From Eledone cirrhosa (Eukaryota), in assembly GCA_964016885.1 (NCBI GenBank), contig OZ024743.1, positions 124,434,001 to 124,498,000 on the forward strand: a stretch of 64,000 nucleotides of DNA. Direction: 5' to 3'. Of the stretch, positions 59,761-64,000 are shown piece after piece. A program made the translations under genes and the position numbers. The stretch's first letter is position 1; every line of letters starts with the position of its first letter. Under the pieces are notes generated by a model. That model was not told where the DNA came from and searched no databases. It saw only the letters and a program-made list of their open reading frames with translations.

Positions 59761-61739
59761 CTGTGTGTGTATGGCATTATAGAGGGAACAAGTAGAAGGC
59801 GTCAGATGCATATCAGAAATTGTGGGCTTTGCAAATACATTGTGTGTCTCAGCAAGTCATTGAGCAATGCTGCGTATGTATCACACTGCATCGGAGACAG
59901 TAAATACATGCTAAAACCTTCTTTATGTTTAACATACGTAATAGATGTGACGTAATAGATAACAAAGTGTCAAAATGATAATTGAGGCTATCAGGCTCTA
60001 GCAATGCAGATTTTCATGACTATGAGCAAGCATGACTAAATAGTTAGCAAGTAAAATCTGACAACAATTTCTCGTCCCCCACCTCACTTCTCGGACGTCC
60101 CCATTCCAGTTCGAATAACATGAAACAACTGTTAGTGGGAGTCTAACGCCCCTACATTAGCATCTTGTGGAGGTGCGTAATTTACTGGTTAGGGAGTTCG
60201 GCTCACGGTCCTAAGTCGTGAGTTCGATTTCTAGCGGGGCACTGTATCCTTCAGCAAGACACCACATTTCACATTGATCCAGTCTAATCAGCTGGCAAAA
60301 ATGAGCTATACCTGTAATTTAAAAGGCTAACCTTGTCGCGTATTCTCTCACGCTGAATCTCCCTGAGAACTAGGTTAAGGGTATACGTGTCTGTGGAATG
60401 TTCAGCCACTTTGCCTTAATATCAAAGAGATGCGGGCTGTTCTGTTAATCATACAGCTGGAACACTCGTCTTCGGGACCGACGGACATCCAACACACACA
60501 CAATTTGCCACGCGGCTCTAGTGCAGCCCTGTTTATCAATCGGATTATTCGTATTTCTGGATGAAATAACCTTTTCATAGCAGTATTCCCATTGATTGTT
60601 TTAGTGATCGATTTTCTGACAAGCACCTGTCTGTTTTAGACGATCACCGTTGGTAGAGAACCATTCTTAATTGCTATCTTTAATTAATTTGATTCAGTTA
60701 AGAAGTAAAAGCAGCAACAGCATCATCTTTGAACCTCCCAAGGATTCAAGTTGTCTTTTCCCCTTCAGACCACATGAGTGGTGTGGAGTCATCTTCTTCC
60801 TCGTCATCCCATCCACCTCCTTCACATCATCATCACCATCACTATTATCGTCATCATTGTCATCATCATCATCCACATCATCCATTTTAATGGCTACTTG
60901 TCCATAATGGCATGGGCTGAAAGGGACTTTTCAATGCAGTGTTTTACGACCGTATGCCATTCCGGACGTCAATCCTTTTGGTTGAGCCTTGTGCGGTGCA
61001 GAAATATAATGTAGCTATTAAAAAACGGAGATGGACACGGAATACTCAAACCCAGAGTGTAATTCTAATAAAAAATTTAATAGGAAACATTGATAGAGAT
61101 TCATATAAATTCAATGTATCTCGCGTTTCATTGTAAAGGAAGGGAACTGATATTCAGATCAGACCAAGGAAGTAATGCTTCATTTGTTCTTTCCATTTCT
61201 GATATTATCTCCCTGTTGCAACTCCTGGCGAAGGAGACGGAATTTAAACTCAGAACGCACAGAGCCGAATCAGATATTACAAAGCATCCCACCCAACTTT
61301 TTAACAGTTCCGCTAATCCACAGCCTTTGGACTGCTACTTTATTTATCGACTCCGAAATAATGAAAAGTAAAGTTGACCTCAACGGTACTAGAACTCTGA
61401 GTGCATTGAACTGGAACAAATACTATGGCATTGAAGCCAACACCCTAACGACCTATCTCCCGAGGACGTATATACATAAATAAGGCGTACACAAAAATAT
61501 ATGTAATAATGCTAGTGGACGCTAAAATAATCATATTCAGAATATTACTAATAGAAGAAATTTTGAAGAAAAAAATTGAACACACCCAAAGCAGACAGGT
61601 ATATAGACGATTGTGTTAATAATTTCTATATAAATTATATCAACAAATAGCAATAAATATGCAGAGAACATATGGAGAAAGTAATAAGTCCTTGGAAGGG
61701 CTAAAGAGACATGTTCATGACTCAAGGGATTAAAAGAGA

Positions 61740-62320
61740 TTCTATTATTTGAGGAAACTAGCCTTTGGACCACGATCCACTAAGGTCCAAGTATAGTTCA
61801 AATCTACTAACAGAAGTGGATAGTATAGCTAAAAGTTGACGGCAATATTCCAATGATTTATTAAATAGAGATTTTCTGATTGACCAACACGTTATCAGCA
61901 ATATTCAACAATGACCCACAGTATTTTCTCTTAATGACCCTCCACCCTCCTATCCTTGAAGAAGTATATATTATCACCAAGAAACTTGAATTAGGTAAAG
62001 ATGCATGAAAGGATGGATTATTCGCAGATATTTTCAAACTAGGATAAAGCATGCATGAACTAATTCTGGAAATATGGTGAGAGTATAAAGTACTAAAGGG
62101 TTAGAAAGAGGCAATAATGATACCAAAGGCCAGCAGGAGGTATGCAGAAAATGTAGAGGAATAGCTCTTCTATGTGCTACTGGAAAACTTCTTGCTTCAT
62201 TCATGCTTTCAAAACTAAATAATAATATATCAAACACGATCTTACCAGATCACAATGTGGCTTTTGATCTAAAAGAAATACAATTGATATGATATTAACA
62301 GCACATCAAATTCAAGACTC
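61740..62320 (+). pseudogene. Degenerate RTE/BovB-like RT fragment
   Basis: ...KDGLFADIFKLG...CRGIALLCATGKLLASFMLSKL...TIDMILTAHQIQ with stops and frameshifts. Confidence 0.7.
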
Positions 62321-62525
62321 AGTTTATATGAAGTGTATGTGGCCGTATATGCCTGTCAAATGCTGGCCTTATATGTCACCTACGTAAGCACGCAGAAATG
62401 CCACAGGTCGAATGTGACTAATTCCTTGCAGTCAATATGACATACGGTATACATGGCAGAACATTTTCATATAAATCATTCAAATGTACATAATCTTGTC
62501 TGGATCAAACAGCTATTATAATATG

Positions 62526-62572
<47 letters not shown>

Positions 62573-62753
62573 CTCTTTCTCTTAATTTCGAGTATATTTT
62601 TTGACCGGCCACCTTCCTGGTGGCAAGGTTGTAAAAGAAAAGAAATTGTCATCCTTTGAATCGCAAGAATGTTTTGCAAATTTTGAAGGTATGTATGTAT
62701 GTATGTATGTATGTATGTATGTATGTATGTATGTATGTATGTATGTATGTATG

Positions 62754-63617
62754 TTCTTCTGGTTTTATAATTTCACAAAGTTTTACCAATAGAGAGAGAG
62801 TCGGTTTCTAACATAGACACAAGACTCTCTCATTGGAATTTACACAACGTCAACTAGGTAGATATGTATGTATGCATGCATGTGTAGATATGGATGTTAT
62901 TGTATGTGTGGATGTGTATGTTTTGAGTTGTATGTGTGCATGTGTATATGCTTTGTACATGTGTATATGCTTTGTATCTGTACATGTGTATATGCAGTTA
63001 TTAGATGCAACATTTTTGGAATGTTTTACATATTTTTACTGTTCCATTAATGGATTGTACTTGTAATTTCCTAACTAGTTGTGTTCTTTCTGTTCCTGTG
63101 AAGCCTAGCTTCTCAAGATTTGTATTGAGGCAGTTACTAACACATCCCAGTGCCCCAATAATCACAGGCATAAATCTGAAGGTGTAATCAGGGTGGAGTA
63201 TCTGCAGATTTCTCATCAGTTCTGCATAAATATTCTCCTTTTCACTAATCTTTGATATTATATTGGAATCTGCTGGGCAGCTAATTTCCACTGCTGTGCA
63301 TGTTTTCTTCTCCCTGTCCCATATCATAATATCTGGTCTGTTATGACTGCATTTTATAGGGGTTTTTACTGGAACATTCCACCAGTACTCTTTCATATTA
63401 TGTACATGGATGTCTTCCACATTGTTGTAGCTTTTAATGTGTTTATTATTGGGGCTATCTTTTTTACGAACTGCATTGTACAGTGTTTTGGCCACTACAT
63501 CATGCCTCATAGGTAGATAGTACCGCGATGACATCTTTGGACAGATGTTAGTTCTGCAGAGTCTGCACTTGTTATCACATCTAGGTGGTTTGCCTGCATC
63601 TCTATCTCTTTTGTGAA
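62754..63617 (-). pseudogene. 3' part of R4/Dong-type non-LTR element (partial CCHC + restriction-like endonuclease), ORF open 63001-63617
   Basis: KCRLC...CPKM...RHDVVAK...HNRPDIMIWD...AVEISCP; embedded in (TATG)n at both ends. Confidence 0.9.
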
Positions 63618-63871
63618 TGTATGTATGTATGTATGTATGTATGTATGTATGTATGTATGTATGTATGTATGTATGTATGTATGTAGAAGGCAACTCAGGA
63701 AACTGGGATAACTCCAATATAAAACCTGCGGCTCAGTAGTTACCGATGATGATCTTTTCTTCTTTTCGGGTTATAGCTACTGTCGCTCAGAGAGTGGGAT
63801 TGGCTCAGTGCACAGTCTTTCATCACTTTAAAAAATATCTTCACGTACAGGCATTGCATGAAAGAATTAAT

Positions 63872-64000
63872 TAATTGTTTCTACTTTTGGCACAAGGCCA
63901 GCTATTACCCCAGTGTATTACTGGTACTTTATTTTATCGACCCCGTAAGGATGAAAGGCAAAGTTAACCTCGGCGGGATTTGAACTCAGAATGGAAAGGG
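63872..64000 (-). mobile_element. SINE family A, cut by window end
   Basis: Family A tail and core. Confidence 0.88.

Noticed and set aside
63735-63872. CCGATGA...GAAAG possible hammerhead cut by a SINE
   Set aside because: 3' stem I lies beyond the insertion or window end, so it cannot be evaluated

Overview
AT-rich, microsatellite-saturated eukaryotic DNA with no recognisable host gene. The SINE and repeat content suggests an octopus/cephalopod genome, which is inference. Almost all long ORFs in the track are (TA)n/(CA)n/(CAA)n artefacts. The real content is transposable elements: Penelope-like (PLE; RT + GIY-YIG) copies including one 549-aa open 3' ORF, restriction-like-endonuclease (R4/Dong-type) LINE ends in (TACA)n, RTE LINE relics, two tRNA-derived SINE groups, and Tc1/hAT/Helentron-type non-autonomous DNA elements. 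By-eye folding shows about 20 type I hammerhead ribozyme (HHR) motifs from many unrelated families. Most lie near the 3' end of TA-embedded insertions that are often fold-back palindromes, and they include U3-A8 and U4 core variants. The most striking signal is a 102-nt RNA present in three diverged copies (9639-9740 +, 49005-49106 -, 54642-54743 +). It holds the full hammerhead catalytic core, but its three core strands are in a non-circularly-permuted, multiply pseudoknotted order closed by a kink-turn, with covariation in four helices. All RNA structures are manual predictions and no activity is demonstrated.
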